Positions 30,123 to 39,865 of a stretch of DNA of 64,000 nt are shown here, in pieces. This DNA is from Patescibacteria group bacterium. Its GTDB lineage: Bacteria > Patescibacteriota > Patescibacteriia > Magasanikbacterales > UBA922. Numbering within the stretch: position 1 is the stretch's first letter; the number at the start of each line of letters is the position of its first letter. The notes beneath the pieces are model-generated. The model was not told the origin of the DNA. It saw only the letters and a list, made by a program, of their open reading frames with translations, and made no database searches. The stretch spans positions 19,357-83,356 of the forward strand of contig JBAZIZ010000003.1 in NCBI GenBank assembly GCA_041651535.1, in the 5' to 3' direction. The translations under genes were made by a program, and so were the position numbers.

Positions 30123-32027
30123 TTAAACTTCGATGACTACTGGTAAAATCATCGGACGTTTTTCAGTTTTAGTAAAAATAAACTGACCAATTTTATCACG
30201 AATATCATTTTTAATTTGATTAGTATCTGCCCAAGAAGCTGGATCAGATTTAATAACCATTTTTTTAACTTTTTGTCTAATTTCTTCAATCAATTCTTTA
30301 TTATCTTTCAAAAAAACAAAACCACGAGAAATTATATCTGGATTTTGAATGAGTTTGCCAGTTTTACCTTCAATAGTTGCAATTACTACTAGCATACCAT
30401 CTTCAGCTAAAACTTGTCTATCACGCAAAACTATATTTTGTGTGTCACTTACTCCTAAACCATCAACAAAAACATAATCAGACACAGCTTTTTTAGTAGA
30501 AAATTTTGCACTATCTTTGTCTACTTCCAAAATTGAACCATTGTCTGGCACAAAAATTTTTTCTTTTGGAAAACCATTTTCAAAAGCTAGTTTTTGCGCT
30601 TCTTTCAAAAAATAATGATTTGCATAAACTGGCATAAAATAAGTTGGTTGAATTTGTTTTATCATTTCTAAAATATCTTCTCTGGTAGCATGACCACTAA
30701 CATGGACATCCATAAATTCGCCATGAATAACATTATCACACTGACGATACATATTGTCTTTTAATCTTTGAATCGTTCTTTCGTTTCCAGGAATTATGGA
30801 AGAAGAAAAAATCACAGTATCTTGTTTTTTAAGTTTAATATGTCGATGTTGTTTATTAACAATTTTCATTAAAACAGCATTTTCTTCACCTTGAGCGCCA
30901 GTACACATAATAACAACTCTATTGTCTGGATAATCATTAATCTTTTTTATATCAATAAGCAAATTTGGTTTAACTTTTATATAACCAAGTTTTTGGGCTA
31001 TTTCTACATTGACTTTCATACTGTAACCATCTAAGGTTACTTTTTTATTTAATTTTTCAGCAGCTTGTAAAACCCATTTTATTCTTTCAAGTTGAGAAGA
31101 AAATGTTCCGATAATTACTCGTCCAGTAGCTTTTGATAAAACTTCGTATAAATTTCTATACATATCTTCATAACTACCATGACTTTTTTCATGAGTAACA
31201 CCTAAACTTTCAAGCATCAAAACTGTTGGCTGTTTTAATTTACTTAAATAAGTATAATCAAGAGTACACATTCCTTTTTTATCTCTTTCTAAAGTCCAAT
31301 CGCCAGGATGTATCGCTGTACCATTTGGAGTTTGAATAATTACTCCGACAGCATCCATGATTGAATGTTCTACTTGAAAAAATTTAACAGTAATTTTTCC
31401 TAAATAAAAAACATCTTTCACACTTTTGACAGTAATTGTTTTTAATTTTCCGGCTGAACCTTTTTTATAATCTTCTTGTTTATGTTTTACTAAAGCTAAG
31501 GTTAAGTCACGTCCAATAATAGTTGGATTACCTATTTTTTCTAACAAAATTGGCGCTGCTCCGATGTGATCCAAATGACCATGTGAAAAAATTACAGCCC
31601 GAATATTTTTTGTTTTTCCTTCTAAATATTTTGTATTAGGAATTATATAATCAATTCCTGGCATATCTTCTTCTGGAAATTGAAGGCCCATATCCAAAAT
31701 AACAATATCATTGCCATATTCAAAAATAGTCATATTACGACCAACTTCTTCACAACCACCGATCGGAATTATTTTTAATTTTTGTCTTTGCATAATCGGA
31801 TCAAAATCTCGGTCACTATTTTGACTAAAATTTTTATTACTTACATTATTGTTTTTGTGATGAAACGAATATTTTTTGTTAGTAAAAGTAGAAAAACTTT
31901 TACCACTATTTTTACGTACATCTTTGTCTTCTTGTCTATTTCCGGTAGAACTGTAAGTTCTGTGTCTACGAGATCGGTTGTTAAAACCAGATCCTTTGGA
32001 AACAAAAGACTTGTTTTCTGAATCCAT
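30123..32027 (-). CDS. rnj: Ribonuclease J with a low-complexity N-terminal extension
   Basis: GGCEEVGRNM, HGHLDHIG, TGAQGE, HVSGHA, RPMILPV. Confidence 0.95.
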   Translation of the reverse strand: MDSENKSFVSKGSGFNNRSRRHRTYSSTGNRQEDKDVRKNSGKSFSTFTNKKYSFHHKNNNVSNKNFSQNSDRDFDPIMQRQKLKIIPIGGCEEVGRNMTIFEYGNDIVILDMGLQFPEEDMPGIDYIIPNTKYLEGKTKNIRAVIFSHGHLDHIGAAPILLEKIGNPTIIGRDLTLALVKHKQEDYKKGSAGKLKTITVKSVKDVFYLGKITVKFFQVEHSIMDAVGVIIQTPNGTAIHPGDWTLERDKKGMCTLDYTYLSKLKQPTVLMLESLGVTHEKSHGSYEDMYRNLYEVLSKATGRVIIGTFSSQLERIKWVLQAAEKLNKKVTLDGYSMKVNVEIAQKLGYIKVKPNLLIDIKKINDYPDNRVVIMCTGAQGEENAVLMKIVNKQHRHIKLKKQDTVIFSSSIIPGNERTIQRLKDNMYRQCDNVIHGEFMDVHVSGHATREDILEMIKQIQPTYFMPVYANHYFLKEAQKLAFENGFPKEKIFVPDNGSILEVDKDSAKFSTKKAVSDYVFVDGLGVSDTQNIVLRDRQVLAEDGMLVVIATIEGKTGKLIQNPDIISRGFVFLKDNKELIEEIRQKVKKMVIKSDPASWADTNQIKNDIRDKIGQFIFTKTEKRPMILPVVIEV

Positions 32028-32110
32028 ATGTTAAAAATTTAGAACGCGATATTTTTCAGAAGTATAACGCGTTATATTAAATAATTTTAAAAATAAAAAA
32101 TGAAGATATT

Positions 32111-34156
32111 TTAATTATCCCAAACCATTTTGGTTTTGACATACCAATTAACAACATTGGAAAATCTATCACTAGGTTCAGAAATTCTTTCGACACTAAA
32201 ACCTTTTATATAATCTTCTTGAGCATAAGTATAAGTCGGGGTATATAAAAATATTGCTGGAATATCTGCCAAAATCTTTTCTTGAACTTGTGCGTAAAGA
32301 CCTGCAACTTTCTCTTCTTCTTTTGCTACTCTAATTTCTTGTAAAAGTTTGTCGACATCATTATTTGCGTAAGAAGATAAATTTAAACCAGGATAATTTA
32401 TTTGATCAGAATGCCAAAATGGATATTGGTCAGGATCATTACCTAACAAAACTCCATAAAGCAAAACATCATAATTTCTTGTTTTTAAAACTTCTTTTGT
32501 AAAATCTTGAGCATCAACAAAACTTACATTAACTTTAATTCCAGTATCTTGCCAATAACCAGAAATTAATTGGGCGACTTTTGTATATTCTGGGGTAGCT
32601 ACTGTAACCAAATTTATTTCTAAAATATTTTTTTTATCTTCACTACCTTTTTTATAACGATAAAAAATCTGAGCTGGATCAAGTAAAGTATTTAATTCGT
32701 TTTCTACATCTTCATTTATTTTATTTAAATCCATTGTCGAAGAATTAGTTGAATTTTCAGTTAATTCAGTTTCATCAACTGAAGCTACATTTTCTCCATT
32801 TTCAGTAGAACTTGTAGTATTTTGATTTTCTTCTTGCTGTTTTATTAAATATTCAACTTTTTCTTTTTTTAAAAGTTCTCGATACTCTTCAGCTGAAATC
32901 TTTTCCCAATTTTTATCCAAAAGTTCGTTAGCTTTAGAAACAGAAAAAGTTATTTTATTTTCTAATACTGAAAAACCTGGATAAGACTCCAAAATTGGTC
33001 CTTCTATTGTTTTAGCTTCATTTTCTAAAACATCTTTGACAATTCTTTCCTTATCCAAAGATTCTGCTAAAGCTAATCTCAAATCTTTATTGTCTAATTT
33101 AGTCAAATTAAAAAACAAAGCTGTATATTGAGGTAATTGTAAAGTATGAATATTTATATGTTTTCTTTCAATTTTAGAACGATATTCATAAGGTACAAAA
33201 CTAATACCATTTATTTCTTGTTCACGTAAAGCATTAATTAATCCGTCTGGTCCATCATAATCAGAAAAAAATTCAAAAGATATTTTTTTTATATAAGCAG
33301 GAATTTTATAATAATTTTCATTTCTTACTAAATCAATTCGGTGAACATAACCAGTTTCATCTTTTACTAATTTATCAAATTTATAAGGACCAGTCCCGAT
33401 AGGTTGTAAATTTCTTTGAGCTAATTTTACTTGTTCATAAGGAATTGCTGACCAAATATGTTGCGGTAAAATTCCAACTGTTAAACTTGAAAGAAATGAA
33501 GCAGAAGACTGAGGTAAAATAAATTTAATTTTATAATCATCTATTTTTTCAACTTTTATATCTTTAAAAGAAAGTTGTAGAGGGCTAGCCACTCCAGCTT
33601 CTTGAATTAAATCAAAAGTAAAAATAACATCGTCTGCTGTAAAATTTGTATTATCATGCCACAAAACATCTTTTTTCAATTCAAATATGTATTCAGTTTT
33701 AGCTTCATTTATTTCATATTTAACTGCCAAATCAGTTATTAAATTTCTTTTTTCATCATATTTCAAAAGTCCAGAATAAACCATAGAACAAAGATCTTGA
33801 TCCACTTCATTTAAAGAAGCAAAAATAGGATTAATATGTTGCAAAGAACCTAAAACTCCTTCAGTATATTCACCATAAATTTTTGGAACTTCGATCTTAT
33901 ATCTTAAACTAAAAACATAAGCTGACCAAACAAAAGAAATAACAAAAATCCAAATAGCTGAAAAAAATATAGTTTTTTCTTTTGGAGAAAGTACTTTTCC
34001 AATACAAAAAATCTGTCTAGAATTTGGTGATTTTTGTCTTCTGGCATTTTTTAAAAGATAATATTCATGTTTATTTTTTCTTTCTTTTTGTAAATCAAAA
34101 AAATAGACTAATTTATTTTTTGTCTTTTTTAAAAAATTTTTAATTGAAAAATTCAC
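32111..34156 (-). CDS. Membrane-anchored peptide ABC transporter substrate-binding protein (family 5)
   Basis: WHDNTNFTADDVIFT, PIGTGPYKF, DPDQYPFWHS, PAIFLY. Confidence 0.88.
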   Translation of the reverse strand: MNFSIKNFLKKTKNKLVYFFDLQKERKNKHEYYLLKNARRQKSPNSRQIFCIGKVLSPKEKTIFFSAIWIFVISFVWSAYVFSLRYKIEVPKIYGEYTEGVLGSLQHINPIFASLNEVDQDLCSMVYSGLLKYDEKRNLITDLAVKYEINEAKTEYIFELKKDVLWHDNTNFTADDVIFTFDLIQEAGVASPLQLSFKDIKVEKIDDYKIKFILPQSSASFLSSLTVGILPQHIWSAIPYEQVKLAQRNLQPIGTGPYKFDKLVKDETGYVHRIDLVRNENYYKIPAYIKKISFEFFSDYDGPDGLINALREQEINGISFVPYEYRSKIERKHINIHTLQLPQYTALFFNLTKLDNKDLRLALAESLDKERIVKDVLENEAKTIEGPILESYPGFSVLENKITFSVSKANELLDKNWEKISAEEYRELLKKEKVEYLIKQQEENQNTTSSTENGENVASVDETELTENSTNSSTMDLNKINEDVENELNTLLDPAQIFYRYKKGSEDKKNILEINLVTVATPEYTKVAQLISGYWQDTGIKVNVSFVDAQDFTKEVLKTRNYDVLLYGVLLGNDPDQYPFWHSDQINYPGLNLSSYANNDVDKLLQEIRVAKEEEKVAGLYAQVQEKILADIPAIFLYTPTYTYAQEDYIKGFSVERISEPSDRFSNVVNWYVKTKMVWDN

Positions 34157-34165
34157 ATTTCAATA

Positions 34166-34384
34166 TTAAACTACTAAATTTAGAATAGCTATCAAAAAGA
34201 ATAAAACTGACAATACAACTGTAATATTAAACAAAACTTTGTCCATTCCTCTTCGAGAAGAAACAATACTTCCACTCTGACCACCAAAAGCTGCTCCAGT
34301 ACCAGAACCTTTTTGTTGTAATAAAATGGTAATTATCAGTAAAATTGATAAAACAATTTGGATTATGTTTAAAATAAAACTCAT
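34166..34384 (-). CDS. secG: Preprotein translocase subunit SecG
   Basis: ILLQQKGSGTGAAFGG..RRG, two TM segments. Confidence 0.93.
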   Translation of the reverse strand: MSFILNIIQIVLSILLIITILLQQKGSGTGAAFGGQSGSIVSSRRGMDKVLFNITVVLSVLFFLIAILNLVV

Positions 34385-34586
34385 ATTTTTATACTCTTAT
34401 TGCTAAATATTATGAAGCTATTATATAAAAAATGGAGTTAAATGTCAAATACCTGCACAATTTTAGATTTAAGATTTTAGATTTAGGAATTAAAAAATTA
34501 TTTACTTACTTGTTTGCCTAATTACTTGTCAAATATTATAAAAAGACAGTCATATTTCAGACTGCTTTTTAATTTTGCATTTTTAA

Positions 34587-35231
34587 TTAATTTAGTTGTT
34601 CATTCACTTCTTCAACAAAATTATTTTGTTTTTTTTCAATTCCTTCGCCAACTTCATATCTAACAAAACGACGCAAAGTAATTTTTTCTCCAATTTCTCC
34701 AGAAATAGCTGTGAGCAATTCACCAATTTTTTTATCTTCATCTTTGATAAAATCTTGTTCCAAAAGACAATTTTCTGAATAATATTTATTCATTTTACCT
34801 TCTAGAATCTTTTCTACCATTTCTGCTGGTTTTCCTTCATTTACAAGTTGTTCACGATAAATAGCTCTTTCTCGATTTAAATCTTCTTCGGTTACATCTT
34901 CACGAGAAAGATATTTTGGATTCATAGCAGCTATATGCATAGCGATATCATTACCCAAAAGAGAAAATTTTTCATTTTTTGCAACAAAATCAGTTTCAGA
35001 ATTTAATTCTAGCATAACTCCAACTCTTCCACCATGTAAATAAGTGAAAATTTTTCCTTCAGCAGCTATTTTATCAGCTCTTTTGGCAGCTTTAGCAGCA
35101 CCTTTTTTTCTAAGCCAATCAATAGCTTTTTCAAAATCACCATTATTTTCTTCCAAAGCTTTCTTGCAATCAAGCATACCAGCTCCGGTTTGTGATCTTA
35201 ATTTAGCGACATCTTGAGCGGTAATAGACAT
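34587..35231 (-). CDS. tsf: Elongation factor Ts (short form)
   Basis: LRSQTGAGMLDCKKAL, ELNSETDFVA, RRFVRYEVGEG. Confidence 0.97.
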   Translation of the reverse strand: MSITAQDVAKLRSQTGAGMLDCKKALEENNGDFEKAIDWLRKKGAAKAAKRADKIAAEGKIFTYLHGGRVGVMLELNSETDFVAKNEKFSLLGNDIAMHIAAMNPKYLSREDVTEEDLNRERAIYREQLVNEGKPAEMVEKILEGKMNKYYSENCLLEQDFIKDEDKKIGELLTAISGEIGEKITLRRFVRYEVGEGIEKKQNNFVEEVNEQLN

Positions 35232-35301
35232 AATATTTTATTTTAAAATTGATTATTTTATTTCAAATTCTCTTAATAGAAAGAAAATTGTTATAAAAGT
35301 T

Positions 35302-36030
35302 TTATTTTTTTTCAGCAGTAGTGGCTACAGTTTTTTGTTTTTTAACAAAAATTTCATTACCTTCTTTTACAGCTGCTGCAACTAATTTTACAATAAGTTC
35401 AATTGATTTCACAGCATCATCATTAGCTGCGATAACATAATCAATTTTTGTTGGGTTAGCATTTGTATCACAAACTCCAACAATTGGGATGTTTAATCTA
35501 TTTGCTTCAACAATCGCAGTTTTTTCTTTTTGGACAGAAGGGACAAAAATAACATCTGGTCTTTTTGTCAAACCACTTAAACCAGCTAAAGTCTTTTCTT
35601 GGTCTTGTAATTCACGAGCAATTTCTAATTGTTCTTTTTTTGTATAATTTACAAGTTCACCTTTAGCTTGTTTTTCTTTCATTGTATTAAATTTTCTGAT
35701 AAGTTTTTTTATTTCCGCAAAATTAGTAAGCATCCCACCTAACCAACGTTCAACTAAATAAGGCATTTCACAACTGATTGCTGCATCTCTTACTATTTGA
35801 CGAGCTTGAGGTTTAGTTGAGACAAAAAGTATTTTTTTGCCTTCAGCTGCCATGTTTTTTACTTCTTCAAGCACTGTTTCTAATTGACCAAGAGTTTTTT
35901 CAAGATCAATAACATGAACACGGTTTCTACTTGTAAAGATGAAATCTTTCATCTTTGGATGCCAGCGAGAGACATTGTGTCCAAAATGAACTCCAGCTTG
36001 TAGCATTTCTTCAATACTAGGTATTTTCAT
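35302..36030 (-). CDS. rpsB: 30S ribosomal protein S2
   Basis: MLQAGVHFGH..WHPKM, RWLGGMLTN, DTNANP, ANDDA. Confidence 0.98.
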   Translation of the reverse strand: MKIPSIEEMLQAGVHFGHNVSRWHPKMKDFIFTSRNRVHVIDLEKTLGQLETVLEEVKNMAAEGKKILFVSTKPQARQIVRDAAISCEMPYLVERWLGGMLTNFAEIKKLIRKFNTMKEKQAKGELVNYTKKEQLEIARELQDQEKTLAGLSGLTKRPDVIFVPSVQKEKTAIVEANRLNIPIVGVCDTNANPTKIDYVIAANDDAVKSIELIVKLVAAAVKEGNEIFVKKQKTVATTAEKK

Positions 36031-36110
36031 AAAATTTTCCTTTTATCCTCTGATATTCGACCCTTTAAATGGTTAAAGAGAGGAAAAAATAAATATCATG
36101 AGGGATTTAT
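36031..36110 (-). promoter_or_regulatory. Structured rpsB 5' leader (candidate S2 autoregulatory element)
   Basis: Minus strand CCTC-ATGATATT ... AATATCA-GAGG pairing that encloses an inner stem, directly before rpsB. Confidence 0.45.
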
Positions 36111-36314
36111 AAATAAAAATTGTAGCTAAAATATATATTATTTTTAAAAAAATGTCAAGAGAAACCCCAACTTATAATTTTTAAATTTTTACAATTCATT
36201 TTATTATCCAACAAAATTTATTTATAAACTGTGTTTTATTGCTAATAACTTGACTTTTTTTCTTTTTACATATAGGATAAAATCAGTACACTAACAATTT
36301 AAAAGGAGACCAAA

Positions 36315-37337
36315 ATGAGAAAAAAAGTTTTACCAAAAAAAGCATGGATTTCTTTAACTGGAGTTTGCAACAACCAATGTAAATGGTGTTACAGAAATGG
36401 AAATGAAACTCAAATTTTTATTGATTACGAAAAAGTAAAAGCAAAAATAAAAACTTTTGCTGAAATCGGGATTAAAACCATTACCATTATTGGCGGAGAA
36501 CCCACACTTCATCCAAATTTTAAAGAAATTATAAATGAAATTATTAAATTTGGTATGACTTGTATTATAGTCACAAATGGAAGAAAAAAAATTGAGATAC
36601 CGGAAAAATGGAAGGATAATCCTTTAGTAAAATATGTATTTTCTCTTCATGGCGCAAACGAAGAACATTATTTTAAAAATACTAGTTCTAAAAACGGTTT
36701 TACGGAAATGATAGAAAATGTAACTTATCTTAAAAAAGAAGGGGTCAAACTTTCTGTCAATATAGTCCTTGGGAAGGAAATGATTGATCATCTTGACATC
36801 TTTTACAAATTGATAAACAAATTGTCAATAAAGAAATTGAATTTTACTTACGCAGTTCCTTCGGTTGATGACGAAAATTATGAAGCAATTCCCCTTCGTC
36901 TAGTAGAACTTACAAAAAAAATATATTCTGATTGTACTAAAAATAATATTAAATCTTCTTTTATTTTAAGTTTACCTTGGTGTTTACTTGGTAAAGATGA
37001 TTTGAAATATTTTATCGAAAATAAATTAATAAGTTTCAATTGCCCGGTAAATTATGGGAAAGGATTTTTATTAAAAGAAAATGGTGCTATAGCTCTTTGT
37101 ACGCATCTTTCAAATTATGAAATTTTAAATGCGGCAAAATCTGAAAAAGTTCTTTTAAACGCTAAAAATTTTATAAATTTTTGGAATTCAAAAAAAATAA
37201 AAGAACTCAGAAAGACAGTAAATGTTTACCGTCATGAAAAATGTGTTAAATGCGATTATAGATTTAATTGTAAAGGCGGATGTCCTCTTTGGTGGCAACG
37301 CTTTGACTTTGGTGATATTATAAACAGTCATTATTAG
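36315..37337 (+). CDS. Radical SAM enzyme with SPASM-type auxiliary cluster domain
   Basis: CNNQCKWC, GGEPTLHP, VTNG; C-terminal CPV..G..ALC..CVKCDYRFNCKGGCP. Confidence 0.92.
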   Translation: MRKKVLPKKAWISLTGVCNNQCKWCYRNGNETQIFIDYEKVKAKIKTFAEIGIKTITIIGGEPTLHPNFKEIINEIIKFGMTCIIVTNGRKKIEIPEKWKDNPLVKYVFSLHGANEEHYFKNTSSKNGFTEMIENVTYLKKEGVKLSVNIVLGKEMIDHLDIFYKLINKLSIKKLNFTYAVPSVDDENYEAIPLRLVELTKKIYSDCTKNNIKSSFILSLPWCLLGKDDLKYFIENKLISFNCPVNYGKGFLLKENGAIALCTHLSNYEILNAAKSEKVLLNAKNFINFWNSKKIKELRKTVNVYRHEKCVKCDYRFNCKGGCPLWWQRFDFGDIINSHY

Positions 37338-37347
37338 GAGGTTAAAA

Positions 37348-37506
37348 ATGACTGCGCAAAAACTTTTCGGCTCTTTGAGAGGAAGCCATATTATTCCTCC
37401 AAAGGGAGAAGAAACAGGGAGAAATTTTAGCTCAGACGGATTTATGTGCAACGGAGATTGCGATGTGGGAGACGAATGTTATTGCGACAATGATCCGGAG
37501 GAGTAG
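37348..37506 (+). CDS. 52-aa Cys/Asp-rich peptide, candidate RiPP precursor
   Basis: AGGAGG SD; MTAQKLFGSLRGSHIIPPKGEETGRNFSSDGFMCNGDCDVGDECYCDNDPEE*; 10 nt after the rSAM stop; below ORF-track cutoff. Confidence 0.75.
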   Translation: MTAQKLFGSLRGSHIIPPKGEETGRNFSSDGFMCNGDCDVGDECYCDNDPEE

Positions 37507-37530
37507 GAGTTTCGACAGGTGCTTGCACCG

Positions 37531-37558
37531 CCAGGTTGTTTATTCAACCTGGTTTTTT
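37531..37558 (+). terminator. Rho-independent terminator of the rSAM-peptide unit
   Basis: CCAGGTTG-TTTATT-CAACCTGG followed by TTTTTT. Confidence 0.75.
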
Positions 37559-38154
37559 ATTTTATGCCAAAAAGCAAAAACTGAAATATCAAATTCTTTT
37601 TTAAATAATTTATTAAAAGTATTTATTGTTTTTTTTGAAAGGGCTATTTTGTCTAAAAATGATTTAAATTTTTCTTCTCCAAAAACTACAATTAAACTAT
37701 TTACCATATGAAAACCAAAATTATAAATATAAGCATTATTTTTTTCATAATAAAATTTCAAATTTTTTACCCCTTTAAAATTTGTTTTTTTATTTTGTCC
37801 AGCTAAAAAACAGGCCAAACCTTCATTTAACCACAAAGGTTTTAAATCGTTTATTTTTTCTTTAAAATAAAGATGAACTAATTCGTGTTTTAAAGTACGC
37901 CAGTAATCTTCACGATCTTTATGATTTGATTCTTCTAAAAATTTTTCGTAACATAAAATATGAATGTTACCATCTCTTGCCCAACCAACTAGCCAATCAG
38001 GAGTTTCTTTTTTAAAAAATTTATTTATTTCTTTTCTTGAATTATACAAAAATATTTTAGGCTCTTTTATCTTTACAGAAAAAAAATTTTCAAATTCTTT
38101 TTTTGTTTTTTTAAGTAAATTTTTAGTTTTTAAATCATTAATTTTTAGCTTCAT
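37540..38154 (-). CDS. Gluzincin (peptidase MA-like) zinc metallopeptidase
   Basis: HELVH followed by PLWLNEGLA. Confidence 0.8.
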   Translation of the reverse strand: MKLKINDLKTKNLLKKTKKEFENFFSVKIKEPKIFLYNSRKEINKFFKKETPDWLVGWARDGNIHILCYEKFLEESNHKDREDYWRTLKHELVHLYFKEKINDLKPLWLNEGLACFLAGQNKKTNFKGVKNLKFYYEKNNAYIYNFGFHMVNSLIVVFGEEKFKSFLDKIALSKKTINTFNKLFKKEFDISVFAFWHKIKNQVE

Positions 38155-38175
38155 AAAATTAGCAACTATTAAAAA

Positions 38176-38320
38176 TCTTGTTTACCTGCTAATTCTATTT
38201 TTTCTTCATTAGCACATTCATATTTTACTGAGTATGAAAAAGGTTGTGGGGTACAAGCGCAGATAATTTTAGATTTCTGATTCTAGATTTTAGAATTAAA
38301 AATATTATAACACAAAAATT
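38176..38320 (-). repeat. Truncated copy of the giant gene 3' region plus the shared junction
   Basis: Matches 39641-39785, with the same alleles, and the giant gene at about 42467-42549. Confidence 0.85.
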
Positions 38321-38481
38321 AGATAAAATGAAAATTTAACTTAATTAAGGCAAAAAATAGTCAAATAACTTGACAAAACTGTTAAAAAGTGCTATAATTT
38401 CTTGTTATGAATATTAGGATATTGTATAATATTTATAGCACATTAGATGGATCTTTTAACAATTTATATTGGGAGTTTACC

Positions 38482-39222
38482 ATGAAAAGTCTTACTTTTA
38501 TTGCAGTATTTCTTTCTTTCTTCGCTGTCGCTTGTGGCGGCAAAGAATCTGATTGTTGTATCGTTGTCGATGACGACGAAACAACGGATGAAGTTACCGA
38601 TGAAACTTCGGATGAAACAGCCGATGGGGCAACTGAAGCTGAAATTGATGAGGTGTCTGATGGAGACATCGTTGAAAATGAAAACGAAACTGATGAAGAT
38701 GAAGAAACACTTGATGAAGATTCAGGAGAGGTTACATATCATGAACCTGAGAATCTGGACGAGTGCCAGAATTCAGTTTGTTCTGAGGTATGTGTAGTCG
38801 AGTGGGATCAAATGGGAAAAGATGTAATCTTTTACCTGTTAAATGGAGATAGTATTGAAAAATACTCTGACTGTCCCGTCAGAATCAAACTGGAAATCGG
38901 ATCAAATGACAAATGTTATACTACGGTTATTGAGACTGCGGGCTGTAATGTTACAGCTGGTTTAGACGGACGAAAAGAAGCAAATTCTTCAATGCCTATC
39001 TCTGGTTTACTAACCTACGGAACCGACAAAGTTTACTACGAATTGTCAGAAACAGATGAAACAATTCAGGAAGATGGAGTTTTTAATTACACGAGATGGG
39101 AAAACTGTATTAACACTAATGGAGTAGATCTATGTGAAAAATACGGTTTGGAAAAAGTTCAAATTGAGGGTGAGAGCTTTGGTCTAGCTTCTGAAGAAAA
39201 ATGGGTTGCCATCTCCCAGTAA
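38482..39222 (+). CDS. Predicted lipoprotein, paralog 1 (acidic linker plus Cys-rich domain)
   Basis: GGGAG SD; MKSLTFIAVFLSFFAVAC lipobox; NLDECQNSVCSEVCVVEWD motif shared with paralogs 2 and 3. Confidence 0.8.
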   Translation: MKSLTFIAVFLSFFAVACGGKESDCCIVVDDDETTDEVTDETSDETADGATEAEIDEVSDGDIVENENETDEDEETLDEDSGEVTYHEPENLDECQNSVCSEVCVVEWDQMGKDVIFYLLNGDSIEKYSDCPVRIKLEIGSNDKCYTTVIETAGCNVTAGLDGRKEANSSMPISGLLTYGTDKVYYELSETDETIQEDGVFNYTRWENCINTNGVDLCEKYGLEKVQIEGESFGLASEEKWVAISQ

Positions 39223-39342
39223 TTTCACATTACCCAGGTTCCGTTTATCTCATTGTAGATAAACACTTTTGAGCCTGGGTTTTCTTTTTTATAAAAAATA
39301 CTCTATTATCTAGAGTATTTTATTTTTATTTAATATTTTATT

Positions 39343-39725
39343 TTAATCTTCTGTACTTTCAGGCAAAACTACTAGATAACCATCAAAAGCTGTGAAACTT
39401 TTGTTAAAATTATCGTCTATTATCTTACCACATTTATCAGTATCACAATTCCCTTCTCTACACTCTCCATTACAATAATCCCAATTATCAGTTATCTGAA
39501 CTTTTGGTTGATAATAACAATAATAATCATTGTCTAGTAAGTTATAGGTTTTCTTTAAAGTATTTTTTAAATTGGTACAAAGAGTTGTATCAGTACTTGT
39601 TCCACCAAAACAATGTTCTTCTGTAATATCACCTACTTTTTCTTGTTTACCTGCTAATTCTGTTTTTTCTTCATTAGCACATTCATATTTTACTGAGTAT
39701 GAAAAAGGTTGTGGGGTACAAGCGC
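39343..39725 (-). pseudogene. Orphan 3' fragment of the giant gene with an alternative C-terminus
   Basis: ACTPQPF...QPKVQITDNW nearly identical to the giant protein, then DYCNGECREGNCDTDKCGK..YLVVLPESTED versus GYCNNGLYGTSPKECNK..YLVVLPENTEN. Confidence 0.85.
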
Positions 39726-39801
39726 GGATAATTTTAGATTTATGATTCCAGAATTTAGAATTAAAAATATTATAACACAAAAATTCTGTAAAATAAAAAA
39801 G

Positions 39802-39852
39802 ACCCGAGTCAGTTAAGTAATTTCATTTCTGAAAAAACTAACCAACTCGGGT
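39802..39852 (-). terminator. Long stem-loop after lipoprotein 2, duplicated at about 41306-41358
   Basis: ACCCGAGTTGGTTA ... TAAC(T/C)GACTCGGGT followed by a T-run on the minus strand. Confidence 0.7.
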
Positions 39853-39865
39853 GGGGATGTGGGAT

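Noticed and set aside
37463-37711. 82-aa plus-strand ORF after the radical SAM gene
   Set aside because: Runs through the terminator and antisense into the peptidase; the SD-supported ORF is 37348-37506 in another frame.
39726-39780. N-terminal extension MCYNIFNSK of the listed 145-aa ORF
   Set aside because: It is translated junction/promoter sequence (TGTTATAAT) with no SD; the equivalent junctions at 41222 and 38260 do not give the same open frame.
39802-39852. Post-gene palindromes as integron attC sites
   Set aside because: They lack the RYYYAAC...GTTRRRY arrangement, end in T-runs like terminators, and no integrase is in the window.
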